A stretch of 64,000 nt of DNA, taken from assembly GCA_004297205.1 (NCBI GenBank), contig SCUL01000002.1, positions 188,594 to 252,593 of the forward strand, in the 5' to 3' direction. A program made the translations under genes and the position numbers. A model generated the notes under the pieces. It had not been told where the DNA came from. It worked only from the letters and a program-made list of their open reading frames with translations, and searched no databases. Source of the stretch: Patescibacteria group bacterium. Lineage in GTDB: Bacteria > Patescibacteriota > Patescibacteriia > 2-12-FULL-57-11. This document shows, one piece after another, positions 34,082 through 43,163 of the stretch. How positions within the stretch are numbered: position 1 is the first letter of the stretch; every line of letters starts with the position of its first letter.

Positions 34082-35281
34082 TTAATTCGTGATAAATTTT
34101 TGAAAACGGTCGGTACTTGAGTCGTATTCTACGGTTATCTCCGTATCTTCGTATTGTCCACTCGATGTGCTGTACCGCAGAAGAGCTATATTCACGATAC
34201 GCCCATCAAAAGCCCGTACCTCTGAAGAGTACTCGGGGTACTGCTCAGGAGACTTCAAGAAATCGGAAAAAATAGATTCCTGGGCGATATCTCGCCGCAC
34301 TTCGTGAATTCCTGCCCGGTCTTCTCGAATCAATCTGTTAGGATATTCGATGCGGTACGCAATCCTTGGGACAAATGATGCATGCCCATTTTGCGCAATT
34401 GCGGCATCGTACCCCGGCAGACGGAAGGTAATCCTGCTTCCGTCGAAGGACGTCTCCGGGAATGGGAAAAGGTCCAAACCACCTCCGTACACGGGCACAC
34501 ACTCCACACCTATCGCCGTTGGCAGCGAATACGTCTGCCCGTTAATCAAGATTGCCGAAACAGTGGAAGTCGCCTTAGAAGAATCGGTCACCTCATCGCG
34601 AACCTGTTGACAATTTGATTCTTGAACGATCTGGGCCTGCATCGCGACCGTCCCAATTCGCGCGTCCAAAGAGGTCCCAGAGCGGTTGAAATCTCCGACC
34701 TCGGTCTCGGCGAGAATCGCACCGCTGGCGTCGAAAAAATAGCTATGGATAGTACGGACTGCTTCACACGGACTCGTTAGTAAATGAGCAGCGACACCAT
34801 CGCTCCACTCGTCTAGAGAGAGATACACACACTGGTTGCTTGCCGCTACGTCAAGCACCCTGCGCAAGCTTCGCCCATTCAAATCAGCCAGCCATACAGT
34901 TGTAAAATCTTCCGGTTTTGACCTGACCAGGAGCACGACCGAATCAAGTGTCAACTGCTTCGCATCCTGGTACTGATCTTGTGAGAACGGGGCAAAAGCA
35001 ATCAGATCCTCGCGTGTTGAGGTCGCCAGCCCGACCAGGGCCGTCGAAGTCCGTTCAGATTCTTCCAATATAGTTCCCTTCTTGGGTTCGATGTTTGGAG
35101 AGGGTGATTGGGCACTCTGCAATGCACGAAGGTCCTGTTCTTTCTTTTGAATGATGCTCCTCAACATCGAAAGATCCGACGATGATTGAACAGACATCCC
35201 GGACAGAGTGACGGTCGCTGATGCAAGAACGAAAAAAACTAAAACAAGGAAAGCTTTTGCATTTCTTCCAAATGTATTCAT
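34082..35281 (-). CDS. Low-GC hypothetical secreted/membrane-anchored protein
   Basis: 400-codon ORF, N-terminal hydrophobic helix then short coiled coil. Confidence 0.65.
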   Translation of the reverse strand: MNTFGRNAKAFLVLVFFVLASATVTLSGMSVQSSSDLSMLRSIIQKKEQDLRALQSAQSPSPNIEPKKGTILEESERTSTALVGLATSTREDLIAFAPFSQDQYQDAKQLTLDSVVLLVRSKPEDFTTVWLADLNGRSLRRVLDVAASNQCVYLSLDEWSDGVAAHLLTSPCEAVRTIHSYFFDASGAILAETEVGDFNRSGTSLDARIGTVAMQAQIVQESNCQQVRDEVTDSSKATSTVSAILINGQTYSLPTAIGVECVPVYGGGLDLFPFPETSFDGSRITFRLPGYDAAIAQNGHASFVPRIAYRIEYPNRLIREDRAGIHEVRRDIAQESIFSDFLKSPEQYPEYSSEVRAFDGRIVNIALLRYSTSSGQYEDTEITVEYDSSTDRFQKFITN

Positions 35282-35380
35282 GCAAAAAATCGTCACCCGA
35301 ATCTGGAATCCATTCTACCACGAACCCCGCTCCCGCCGGAAAAACCGGCATTTTCCGGTATCCGATTATTGTCCCGTAAT

Positions 35381-35543
35381 AGACTTCCCCATCGCCTTCT
35401 TCGCAAGAAGGGGCAGCTCTTGGTCATTGCGAGCGGGAGCGAAGCAATCTCGTGTAGGAGATTGCTTCGTCGCTCACTGCCGTTCGCTCCTCGCAATGAC
35501 CAGGTACACTCCCTCTTGCGAAGAGGGAGACGGAGGGAGTCTT
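35381..35543. repeat. Composite palindromic (REP-like) element
   Basis: TGGTCATTGCGAG...CTCGCAATGACCA with inner CGAAGCAATCTC/GAGATTGCTTCG, flanked by inverted TCTTCGCAAGA hairpin units. Confidence 0.82.
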
Positions 35544-35544
35544 C

Positions 35545-36621
35545 CTAGATTTCGACGCGCGCGTTATCGCCAATGATGAACTTGTAGCCGTGCGGGTGGG
35601 TGCTTTGCTTTGAGGTGACGCAGGCGTCCTTGCCGATCAGCGAATCCACGATGCGGGCGTGGCAGTCGACGGTGACGTTGTCGAAGATGATGCAATGCTC
35701 GAGTTCCGTGTTGCGGATGACCGAGCCGTTGCCGATGGCCGTGTACGGCCCGATGTAGCTGGCTTCCACCGTCACGTTCTCGCCGATCGAGACCGGCCCG
35801 CGGACGAGCACCCCCGGACCGATCTTCGAACCTTTCCCGATGTGCACCTTGCCCTGGAGTATTGCCGTGGGGTCGATCTGACCCTCGCGCGTGGCCTCGC
35901 CCGGGGTCATCTCGTCCAGAATCAGCTGGTTGCCCTCGAGCAAATCTTCTGGCTTGCCGGTGTCCTTCCACCAGCCGGTGATCTCGGTATGACCGACATT
36001 CTTGGCATTGCGCAGATACCAGTTGTAAATCTCGGAGATTTCATATTCGCCGCGCGCCGACGGCGTGATCGTGTCGTAGGCCTTGAAAAACTCGTTGTTG
36101 AACAGGTACAGACCGGTCACGGCGTAGTCTGATTTGGGCACGGCCGGTTTTTCTTCGTACCGGACGATCTTGCCGTCGACGAATTCCGGCACGCCGAAGC
36201 GCCGCGGGTCCGGGACTTTCGCGATCGTCATGAGCGCATCATGGCCGCCGTTTTTGAACTGTTCCACCAGATTGCGGATGTTACCGAGGACGACGTTGTC
36301 GGACAGGTAGAACAGGAAGGGGCTGTCGCCGATCCAGGCCTGGGCCTGTTTGGGCACGTTGGCGATCCCGAGCGGCCCGCCCTGCTGCTCAAAAAAGTGG
36401 ATCTTGGCGCCCCAGCGGCTGCCGTCGCCGATCACCTTCTGGAGTTCGGTCTCGCCCGGGTTGGTGTTGATGGCGATGTCCGTGATCCCCGCATCCACCA
36501 CCTTTTCGATGGCATGGAAAATCATCGGCTTGTTGGCAAGCGGGATGAGGTGCTTGTTCCAGGTGTGGGTGATGGGGCGCAGGCGCGTGGCGCGCCCGCC
36601 GCCCGTCAACACGGCTTTCAT
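35545..36621 (-). CDS. rfbA: Glucose-1-phosphate thymidylyltransferase (long form)
   Basis: GGRATRLRPIT, KHLIP, PSARGEYEI, WWKDTG, hexapeptide C-terminus. Confidence 0.9.
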   Translation of the reverse strand: MKAVLTGGGRATRLRPITHTWNKHLIPLANKPMIFHAIEKVVDAGITDIAINTNPGETELQKVIGDGSRWGAKIHFFEQQGGPLGIANVPKQAQAWIGDSPFLFYLSDNVVLGNIRNLVEQFKNGGHDALMTIAKVPDPRRFGVPEFVDGKIVRYEEKPAVPKSDYAVTGLYLFNNEFFKAYDTITPSARGEYEISEIYNWYLRNAKNVGHTEITGWWKDTGKPEDLLEGNQLILDEMTPGEATREGQIDPTAILQGKVHIGKGSKIGPGVLVRGPVSIGENVTVEASYIGPYTAIGNGSVIRNTELEHCIIFDNVTVDCHARIVDSLIGKDACVTSKQSTHPHGYKFIIGDNARVEI

Positions 36622-36630
36622 GGGCGTTTT

Positions 36631-37473
36631 TTACCGCTTCCCCAGGTATTCAGCAAGCGCCTCTTCCCACGAACGCATCGGGGGCAGTTTGGTGTTTCGG
36701 AGCATCGAAAAGGCGGGGCGCTTGGCCGGACGCGGGAAGGTGCTGGCCGGCACCGGAGTGACCGGCACGTTGCCGAATCCCGCCAGCTCCAGCGCCTTCA
36801 TGCCGAACTGATACCAGGTGCAGGCACCGCTGTTGGTGACGTGGTAGATGCCGAACGGTTTGCGCGCCACCAACATTTCACGGGTGCGCTTCGCCAAATC
36901 CACCACGTACGTCGGCGAACTGATTTCCTCGTCCACCAGCTGGAGCGGTCCGCCTTCCTTGGCCTTGGCAATGATCTTGTCGACGAAACTGGCTTTCGTC
37001 CCCTCCCCGGCTCCCTGGTTGCCGAACAGCCGCGACGTGCGGATCAGATAATACTCGCTCGCCGCCTGCTTCAACAGGCGCTCGCCGAGGAGTTTCGATT
37101 CGCCGTATTTGGAAATCGGCTCGGGTTTGTCGCCCTCGGCGTAGCCGGCTTGCCGCGTGCCGTCGAACACGTAGTCGGTCGAGTAGTGCACCATGAAGAT
37201 GCCGAGGATCGAGCACATGTCGGCGATCGAGCCCACGGCGCTGCCGTTGACGAGCTTGGCCATGGCGTCGTCCTTCTCGATGCCGTCCACGTCGTTCATG
37301 GCCGCGGCGTTGATGATGAGGTCCGGGCCGACTTCGGTGATCTTGAGCCCGTACTCTTCGGGCTTGGTGATGTCGACCTCCTCGCGGTCCCAGAGGGTCA
37401 GCTGCTGGTCGGCAAAGACCTTGGCCAATTCCTGGCCGAGCATCCCTTTGGAGCCAATAATCAGAATCTTCAT
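36631..37473 (-). CDS. rfbD: dTDP-4-dehydrorhamnose reductase
   Basis: GSKGMLG, STDYVFDG, YGESK, AKRP. Confidence 0.94.
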   Translation of the reverse strand: MKILIIGSKGMLGQELAKVFADQQLTLWDREEVDITKPEEYGLKITEVGPDLIINAAAMNDVDGIEKDDAMAKLVNGSAVGSIADMCSILGIFMVHYSTDYVFDGTRQAGYAEGDKPEPISKYGESKLLGERLLKQAASEYYLIRTSRLFGNQGAGEGTKASFVDKIIAKAKEGGPLQLVDEEISSPTYVVDLAKRTREMLVARKPFGIYHVTNSGACTWYQFGMKALELAGFGNVPVTPVPASTFPRPAKRPAFSMLRNTKLPPMRSWEEALAEYLGKR

Positions 37474-37506
37474 AGGTCGCAGCCACTCTAGCAGCGACGG
37501 CGGAAT

Positions 37507-37536
37507 AAAAAAAGGAGGGTACCCCGTGGTACCCTC
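37507..37536 (-). terminator. Terminator after orphan gene
   Basis: GAGGGTACC-ACGG-GGTACCCTC-CTTTTTTT on minus strand. Confidence 0.75.
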
Positions 37537-37560
37537 GCGCCGCGGTTGCGGCGTCGGCTG

Positions 37561-38112
37561 CTAGAGCAACCCGGCCTTGGCGAGCGCGGCCAGCGAGCGG
37601 CCGTCGCGCGAGACGCGGCAGAACGCCTGCGGCGTCATCCAGCCGTCACCCTCCTTCTGGGCGACGCGGACCACGTGCACGCCGATGTGCCCGTCGATCC
37701 GCTTGAGGTTGGCGCTGTAGTGCAGCGCCCCTTCCTGCGGGAGGACCTCGCCCTTGGAGAGCGACGAGGGCAGCAGCTCGACGTCCGGCTGCCCGTCCAC
37801 GCCCTTCGTGGGGCGCGTGCGGACCATGCCGTCCGACGCGAGCTCGATGATCACCTGCCCGACCTCGCGCAGCTCCCCGGGCGCAGCGGTCTTGCCCGGT
37901 TCCTCGACGACGACGGGCGCGAGGTAGCCGCCCACGTCGCGCATGACGACGGCGTAGTACTTGCCGTCCTGCCGCCGGATGCTGCCGGTGGCCGGGTCGA
38001 ACACCCAGGCCTGCTTCTCCTCGAGAGCGACGAGGACGGGCCCGCCGAAGTGCTGCGCAAGCGCGGCCTCGGCCTCGGCAAGCGTGACGACCTTCTTCTC
38101 ATCCTGACTCAT
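37561..38112 (-). CDS. Hypothetical protein with weak resemblance to an NDP-hexose 2,3-dehydratase half-domain
   Basis: WVFDPATGSIRRQDGKYYAV...PVVVE...EVG...DGRSLAAL. Confidence 0.55.
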   Translation of the reverse strand: MSQDEKKVVTLAEAEAALAQHFGGPVLVALEEKQAWVFDPATGSIRRQDGKYYAVVMRDVGGYLAPVVVEEPGKTAAPGELREVGQVIIELASDGMVRTRPTKGVDGQPDVELLPSSLSKGEVLPQEGALHYSANLKRIDGHIGVHVVRVAQKEGDGWMTPQAFCRVSRDGRSLAALAKAGLL

Positions 38113-38268
38113 GACGGACCCCTGAGCGCCATGCGGCGCTTCGGGGCACCCTTCGGCTCCGGCCAAACGGATGCCTGGTATCTTGCTCGGGCGCCGGCCC
38201 GACCAGCCCCGCAGGGCGAACCAGTTCGCAGACGCTAACAAAAAATCGGGAAAAAAGAAAGGGCCGTA

Positions 38269-39063
38269 TCACGCGCGGATACGACCCAGGTGCTCGTAGA
38301 GATGCAGCAGCGCCGTGGCGGTGTGCTGGTCGCTCAAACCGAGCTCCTTGCGGCGACGGATCACTTCCTCCAGAGGGTACGTCCGGATCCCCATGGCCTT
38401 CGTCCCATGGAGCTTCTCGAGCGTCGCGCCCTCGGCAAGCCGAAAGCACAGCAGCCAAAAATCGACGATGACCGTGCTCATGCCGGTGTCCTCGGGCGCC
38501 GAGCCGAGCGGCAGGACGCATTCCGAGCGGACCAGTCCGCTCGTGAGGAGCGGCACCAGCTCGCGGCCGAGCAATCCGAGCGGGATGGCGTGATCGGAAC
38601 TGCCCGACACGCCCTTCAGCAGCCGGTCGACGATGGTTTCCTTCGAATTCACGGAGGACCACTCGCGCGGCAGCTCCGTCGACCAGGCGCTCTCCTCGCG
38701 CACCAGCAGCGTTGGCCGATGTTGGCGGACGAAGACGAGTTGGTCCTCGACCATCACGATGATCGCGCAGCCGCGGCGCTCGGCGCCGCTCACCGCGAAC
38801 TTCATGAAGAACGAACCGTGCTGACCGTCCGGACGGATGACCCAGAACTGGACGATCGCGTACCACGGGTTGATGGAAACGCTGATCAGGTCCAGGATCT
38901 CGAACTCGCCGCGCTGCCAGGTGCCGAGCTGCACCAGCGGTGTCAGTTTGTATGTCGTCAGGATGGCGTTGATCTGCTTGAGCCGCCGCTCCTGTGATGC
39001 TTCCCTGCTTCCTGCCGCTTCCTCGTCCGGAAGCGGCTGTACCGCTTCCTTCCGAGCACTCAT
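38269..39063 (-). CDS. Degenerate NUDIX-fold protein
   Basis: FVRQHRP, ELP...REL, EDTG, D..TATAL framework, Nudix box broken. Confidence 0.65.
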   Translation of the reverse strand: MSARKEAVQPLPDEEAAGSREASQERRLKQINAILTTYKLTPLVQLGTWQRGEFEILDLISVSINPWYAIVQFWVIRPDGQHGSFFMKFAVSGAERRGCAIIVMVEDQLVFVRQHRPTLLVREESAWSTELPREWSSVNSKETIVDRLLKGVSGSSDHAIPLGLLGRELVPLLTSGLVRSECVLPLGSAPEDTGMSTVIVDFWLLCFRLAEGATLEKLHGTKAMGIRTYPLEEVIRRRKELGLSDQHTATALLHLYEHLGRIRA

Positions 39064-39145
39064 AGGGGAACCTCCTCTGGGAATACACAACCAAATTTTT
39101 CCCTCCGCGTCAAGCCTCCCGGGATAAAAAAGAGGCGCCGCCCGC

Positions 39146-39562
39146 TCAGCGGGAGACGCGAACGATGTCGTTGTAGCTGCGCGTGCGGTCCGTGCCGCCC
39201 TGCGGCTCGACCCGCTCGCCGAAAACCATGTGGTCGTCGTCGAAGGACAACACGCTGTCCTCGGACACCCGCTGCAGGCAGACGACGCCGTCGGCGCACC
39301 AGACGAGGATCTCGGCGCCCGGCTCCGCGGACGATGACAGCCCCTGGAGCATCCGCGGGCCGCGACGGCTCACGGTCCACTCGCCGGAGACCACGATCCG
39401 CGCGATGACGTCCGCGAAGATCACCCAGACCTTCTTGCCGTCCTTGAGCTCCTGCTCGGTGCCGAGCGCTTTCCAGAACGGGATGCGCGTCCGCTTCTCT
39501 TTCGGCGGCATCCACATTTCGGCCGTGTCCGCATCCTCCGGAAACTTCTTCGGTTCTCCCAT
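39146..39562 (-). CDS. Hypothetical protein
   Basis: Own -35 TTGACG and AAGGAG SD; GC3-rich codons. Confidence 0.6.
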   Translation of the reverse strand: MGEPKKFPEDADTAEMWMPPKEKRTRIPFWKALGTEQELKDGKKVWVIFADVIARIVVSGEWTVSRRGPRMLQGLSSSAEPGAEILVWCADGVVCLQRVSEDSVLSFDDDHMVFGERVEPQGGTDRTRSYNDIVRVSR

Positions 39563-39649
39563 TGAACTTCTCTGCTCCTTCCGTGGAACGAGTCAATCAA
39601 GAAAGAGGTGGCTCGTCAACCCGCCCAGCATAAAAAAGGAGGCCTCCCC

Positions 39650-40354
39650 TCAGGGAAGCCAGGCGTCCGGAACGCCGCAGGCCAGCAGGTCGGCCTTGAG
39701 CTGCAGCACGTTGGCCTCCGTCACCTCGGAGAACCAGACCGTCCGCATCCCCCGCCCCTTGGCGGTGACGACGTGTTCCACCAGGTCGTCGATGAAGACG
39801 CAGTCCCGTGGCGCGACCGGCGGGTCGCTCTTCAGCTGCGCATTCACGTAGGCGAGCAGCGTCTCGAAGTAGTCCGGATCGCGCTTGCGACGGCCGATGA
39901 GATGCGAGTCGCTGTGGACCCGCAGCATGGCCCGCGCCCGGGGCAGCCGGTCGTAGACGCAGTACGACCGCTCGTCGACGTTCGAGGCCGAGACGACCGG
40001 CACATGCCGGGCCAGCGCCTCGAGGATCTCGATCACCGGAAGGATCGGCTCCGTCAGCGCCTCGACCCAGATGCGGGCGAAGCACTCACGGCTCCATTCC
40101 ACGGGCGGACGTTGGCCGCGGCAGAGCGTCAGCTCCACGTAGTCGGCGAACGCCTCCCAGGTGACCGTCCCGCGCTCCAGCGCCTGGAACGGCTCGCTTT
40201 GGTGCAGCACCGGATGGATCTCGTGCGCGGGGCGGCCGAAGATCCTGCCGACCTCCCGCGCGCGGTAGCTGTCGTTGTAGACGATGCGGACGTTGCCGGC
40301 ATCGGCGAGAATCAGCCGCGGTGGGCCCGCGGGATGCTTCTGGGGAAAGGACAC
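39650..40354 (-). CDS. HAD-superfamily hydrolase (YihX-like)
   Basis: LADAGNV, ASN, RKRDP, VFIDD motifs; GAGGAGG SD before GTG. Confidence 0.78.
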   Translation of the reverse strand: MSFPQKHPAGPPRLILADAGNVRIVYNDSYRAREVGRIFGRPAHEIHPVLHQSEPFQALERGTVTWEAFADYVELTLCRGQRPPVEWSRECFARIWVEALTEPILPVIEILEALARHVPVVSASNVDERSYCVYDRLPRARAMLRVHSDSHLIGRRKRDPDYFETLLAYVNAQLKSDPPVAPRDCVFIDDLVEHVVTAKGRGMRTVWFSEVTEANVLQLKADLLACGVPDAWLP

Positions 40355-40377
40355 GATTCCTCCTCGGGAGGAATCTA

Positions 40378-40932
40378 TCAGGGCTGCTTTGCAACGTCCA
40401 TCCCGTACTGCGCCAGGATGTCCAAAAAGCCGGGAACGGTCTTGATGGTGCGGCGGTCGTAGTCGGCGTCGTTGTGCGGCTCGGAGGCCACGGCGACGGT
40501 CACCACTTTTTCTTCGGTCAGCGGCCAGTAGGCGTGGTAGACGCCGGCCGGCACGATGATGCGGGCCATCTGCTTCTGGTCGAGCGTGTAGACCGGATGA
40601 TGCACCGGCATGGTCGGCGCGTCGAAACCGAGCACGAGCCCGGCGTTCTGTCCGAAGGTCGGCGACCCCTCGCGGAAGTCGTGGAAGAGCCAGAGCGCCG
40701 TGCCGGTCAGCGTGAAAAAAATCTCGTGATTCTTGAAATGGAAGTGCGCGGCGCGGGCGATGTGCGTGCCGGTGGCGATGGAACTATAGATGTTGCCGAT
40801 GCCATGCTCCTGGACGACGGGGTTGCCCGTGCCGCCCTGGACCATCTCGGCCAGCATGCCGCGCGGATCGCCGAAGACTTTCTGGAGGTGGACTTCGAGT
40901 CCCTGGATGGATGTCGTGACGGGGTCGGCCAT
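40378..40932 (-). CDS. dTDP-4-dehydrorhamnose 3,5-epimerase-like cupin (RmlC-like)
   Basis: FGDPRG, RAAHFH, DFREGSPTFG, VPAGVYH; within rml operon. Confidence 0.82.
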   Translation of the reverse strand: MADPVTTSIQGLEVHLQKVFGDPRGMLAEMVQGGTGNPVVQEHGIGNIYSSIATGTHIARAAHFHFKNHEIFFTLTGTALWLFHDFREGSPTFGQNAGLVLGFDAPTMPVHHPVYTLDQKQMARIIVPAGVYHAYWPLTEEKVVTVAVASEPHNDADYDRRTIKTVPGFLDILAQYGMDVAKQP

Positions 40933-40933
40933 A

Positions 40934-41947
40934 TTATTTGATATGCGCGTTCACTTCGGCCTGGCGGGCGCGCAGTTTCTCCACCCAGGCCGTGTTCTCC
41001 CGGTACCAACGGATCGTCTCGCGCAGCCCGTCGGCGAACCTCTCTTTGGTATAGACGGGCTCCCAGCCGAGCTCGCGGCGGATCTTCGTCGCGTCGATCG
41101 CGTACCGCCGGTCGTGGCCCGGCCGGTCTTCGACGCGGACCGTCATATCCTCCGGTTTGCCGAGCTCGCGCAGGATGGTCTTCACGACGTCGATGTTGTG
41201 CCGCTCGTTGTCCACGCCGATGTTATAGACTTCGCCGGGCACGCCCTTCTCGAGCATCAGCTGGATGGCCCGGGCATGGTCGGCCACGTGAATCCAGTCG
41301 CGCACGTACAGGCCGTCGCCGTAGATCGGCACCGGCTCCCCGGCCATGGCTTTGAAGATGGCGTACGGGATGAGCTTCTCGGGAAACTGGAACGGCCCGT
41401 AGTTGTTGGAGCAGTGCGAGACGACGACCGGCACGCCGAACGTCCTGAAGGAAGCGCGGCACATCAGGTCGCCGCCGGCCTTGGCCGCGGCGTAGGGCAC
41501 GTTCGGCTCGAACGGCGTCGTCTCAAGGAAGAGGCGCGGCTCGTCGAGCTGCAGCGTGCCGTAGACCTCGTCCGTGGAGACGTTCACGAACTTGCCCGTC
41601 TTGTGGCGGCGCACGGCGTCGAGGATGGTCTGCACGCCGACGACGTTGGTCATCACGAATTCGCGCGAGCCGATATGGATGGAGCGGTCGACGTGCGTCT
41701 CGGCCGCGAAGTTCACGACCGCGTCGGGCGCGTGCTCGGCAAACACGCCGTCGAGCACCTCGGCATCGCAAATGTCGCCTTGGATGAAGAAGTACCGGTC
41801 GGACGGAAGCTCCGCCAGGTTGTCCAAGTTGCCGGCGTAGGTCAGCTTGTCGTAATTCACGACCGTGACGTCCGGCCGGGCGGCCAGGATGTGGCGGATG
41901 AAGTTGGAGCCGATGAATCCGGCGCCGCCGCAAACGAGCAGTTTCAT
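40934..41947 (-). CDS. rfbB: dTDP-glucose 4,6-dehydratase
   Basis: GGAGFIGSN, DKLTYAGN, AAETHVDRSI, STDEVYG, DRPGHDRRY. Confidence 0.96.
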   Translation of the reverse strand: MKLLVCGGAGFIGSNFIRHILAARPDVTVVNYDKLTYAGNLDNLAELPSDRYFFIQGDICDAEVLDGVFAEHAPDAVVNFAAETHVDRSIHIGSREFVMTNVVGVQTILDAVRRHKTGKFVNVSTDEVYGTLQLDEPRLFLETTPFEPNVPYAAAKAGGDLMCRASFRTFGVPVVVSHCSNNYGPFQFPEKLIPYAIFKAMAGEPVPIYGDGLYVRDWIHVADHARAIQLMLEKGVPGEVYNIGVDNERHNIDVVKTILRELGKPEDMTVRVEDRPGHDRRYAIDATKIRRELGWEPVYTKERFADGLRETIRWYRENTAWVEKLRARQAEVNAHIK

Positions 41948-42510
41948 AGGATATCGGTGAGGTGAGGCTTGGCAAGCGCCCAGGCAACGATGGTCATGCC
42001 ATCCCAAATCTCGCCAGAAGCGATTTTCTCCTCCAGCGCGGCTGGCGTCAATGCGACGACCTCGAACTCTTCTTCCGGATCAGGCGTCGCAGATTCCTGA
42101 GTGGGTCGCCGCGCCAGAAAGACGTGGGCGTTCTCGTTCACAAACCCGTTGCAGGGATGATAGACACCGATGGGTGTCAGTTCGCCAGTCACTCCACATT
42201 CCTCGGCAAGCTCGCGGCCTGCGGCGACAACCGGATCATCAATGGTCACACGACCGTCCGGATGGCGATGGCGCACGTTCCCGCACGGGAATTCCAAACT
42301 TTCCCGGTTGCCGAGATAGCGATATTGGTTCACCAGAAGCAGCTTCCCGTCGTCGGTGACCGGAACGATCATCGACGAACCCGGAGAATCCAGATAGTAA
42401 TAATCTCCCTCGCGACCGTCGCCGAAGTCGAAACGATCGTGCTTGTACTCAATCCAGGGGCTTTCATGGATCGTCTCCTCGGAAATTTTCTTCCAGTGCC
42501 TCAAGGCCAT
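41944..42510 (-). CDS. NUDIX hydrolase (ADP-ribose pyrophosphatase-like)
   Basis: LVNQYRY, LEFPCG, RELAEECG, I.DGMT. Confidence 0.88.
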   Translation of the reverse strand: MALRHWKKISEETIHESPWIEYKHDRFDFGDGREGDYYYLDSPGSSMIVPVTDDGKLLLVNQYRYLGNRESLEFPCGNVRHRHPDGRVTIDDPVVAAGRELAEECGVTGELTPIGVYHPCNGFVNENAHVFLARRPTQESATPDPEEEFEVVALTPAALEEKIASGEIWDGMTIVAWALAKPHLTDIL

Positions 42511-42514
42511 GCGT

Positions 42515-42844
42515 TTATTCCTCGACGGACTCCAAATAGACGCGTCCGTCGAAGCCGCCGCGGTCGGCAAATTTCTTAGCGCGAACCGCCTCCAGGTTTT
42601 CGTCGCTGATGCCGTTCACTTTTTGCAGGGCGCGGACGACCTCCAAGACGTCGGCGAGTTCACCGACCAGCGCGTCATAGGTCTGTGCGCCGACGGTTTC
42701 GTCGGCTTCCTCGCGCAGCTTGTCGCGCAAAACGCGCGCGTACTCGTCCGGCGGCAGGATGCGCGTCACCGGGCGGCCGCCCTTGGCGGCGATCACTTCC
42801 GGAATCTTATCGCGGACCAGTTTTTTGTAGTGGGTCGTCGGCAT
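42515..42844 (-). CDS. MazG-like nucleoside triphosphate pyrophosphohydrolase
   Basis: KLVRDKIPE, KLREEADE, ELADVLEV, RGGF. Confidence 0.88.
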   Translation of the reverse strand: MPTTHYKKLVRDKIPEVIAAKGGRPVTRILPPDEYARVLRDKLREEADETVGAQTYDALVGELADVLEVVRALQKVNGISDENLEAVRAKKFADRGGFDGRVYLESVEE

Positions 42845-43163
42845 AACGAGGATCGGTGAGGGCCCAAACCGCCGCGGCAACGGCCAGCGCGGCGAGCGGC
42901 GCAAGGGCCGCTCCCGTCCGCGTCGGGACGGTGAAGACCACGAGCGGCATGGTAGAGAGCGCGACGACCACGGTCAAGGCGATACGCGCCGGCGTAGGGG
43001 CGGGTTTCCCCCGCCCCGCGTGCCGTCCGTAGATCGCCCACGACGCCAGCAGTGCCGCCCAAGCCACGGGCAAAGGCAACGCCGTCGAGAAGATGCCCGG
43101 ATCGGCCAACTCGAGCGCGGTGACGAGGGCGACCGTGGCGGTGGCGATGCTGAGAAAAATCAT
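42807..43163 (-). CDS. Small multi-TM membrane protein
   Basis: Four hydrophobic segments, ATGA-coupled to upstream gene. Confidence 0.6.
   Translation of the reverse strand: MIFLSIATATVALVTALELADPGIFSTALPLPVAWAALLASWAIYGRHAGRGKPAPTPARIALTVVVALSTMPLVVFTVPTRTGAALAPLAALAVAAAVWALTDPRYADDPLQKTGPR

Noticed and set aside
37500..40360. Integron cassette array explanation for the orphan genes
   Set aside because: No convincing attC (RYYYAAC...GTTRRRY) sites or integrase; the genes carry their own promoters
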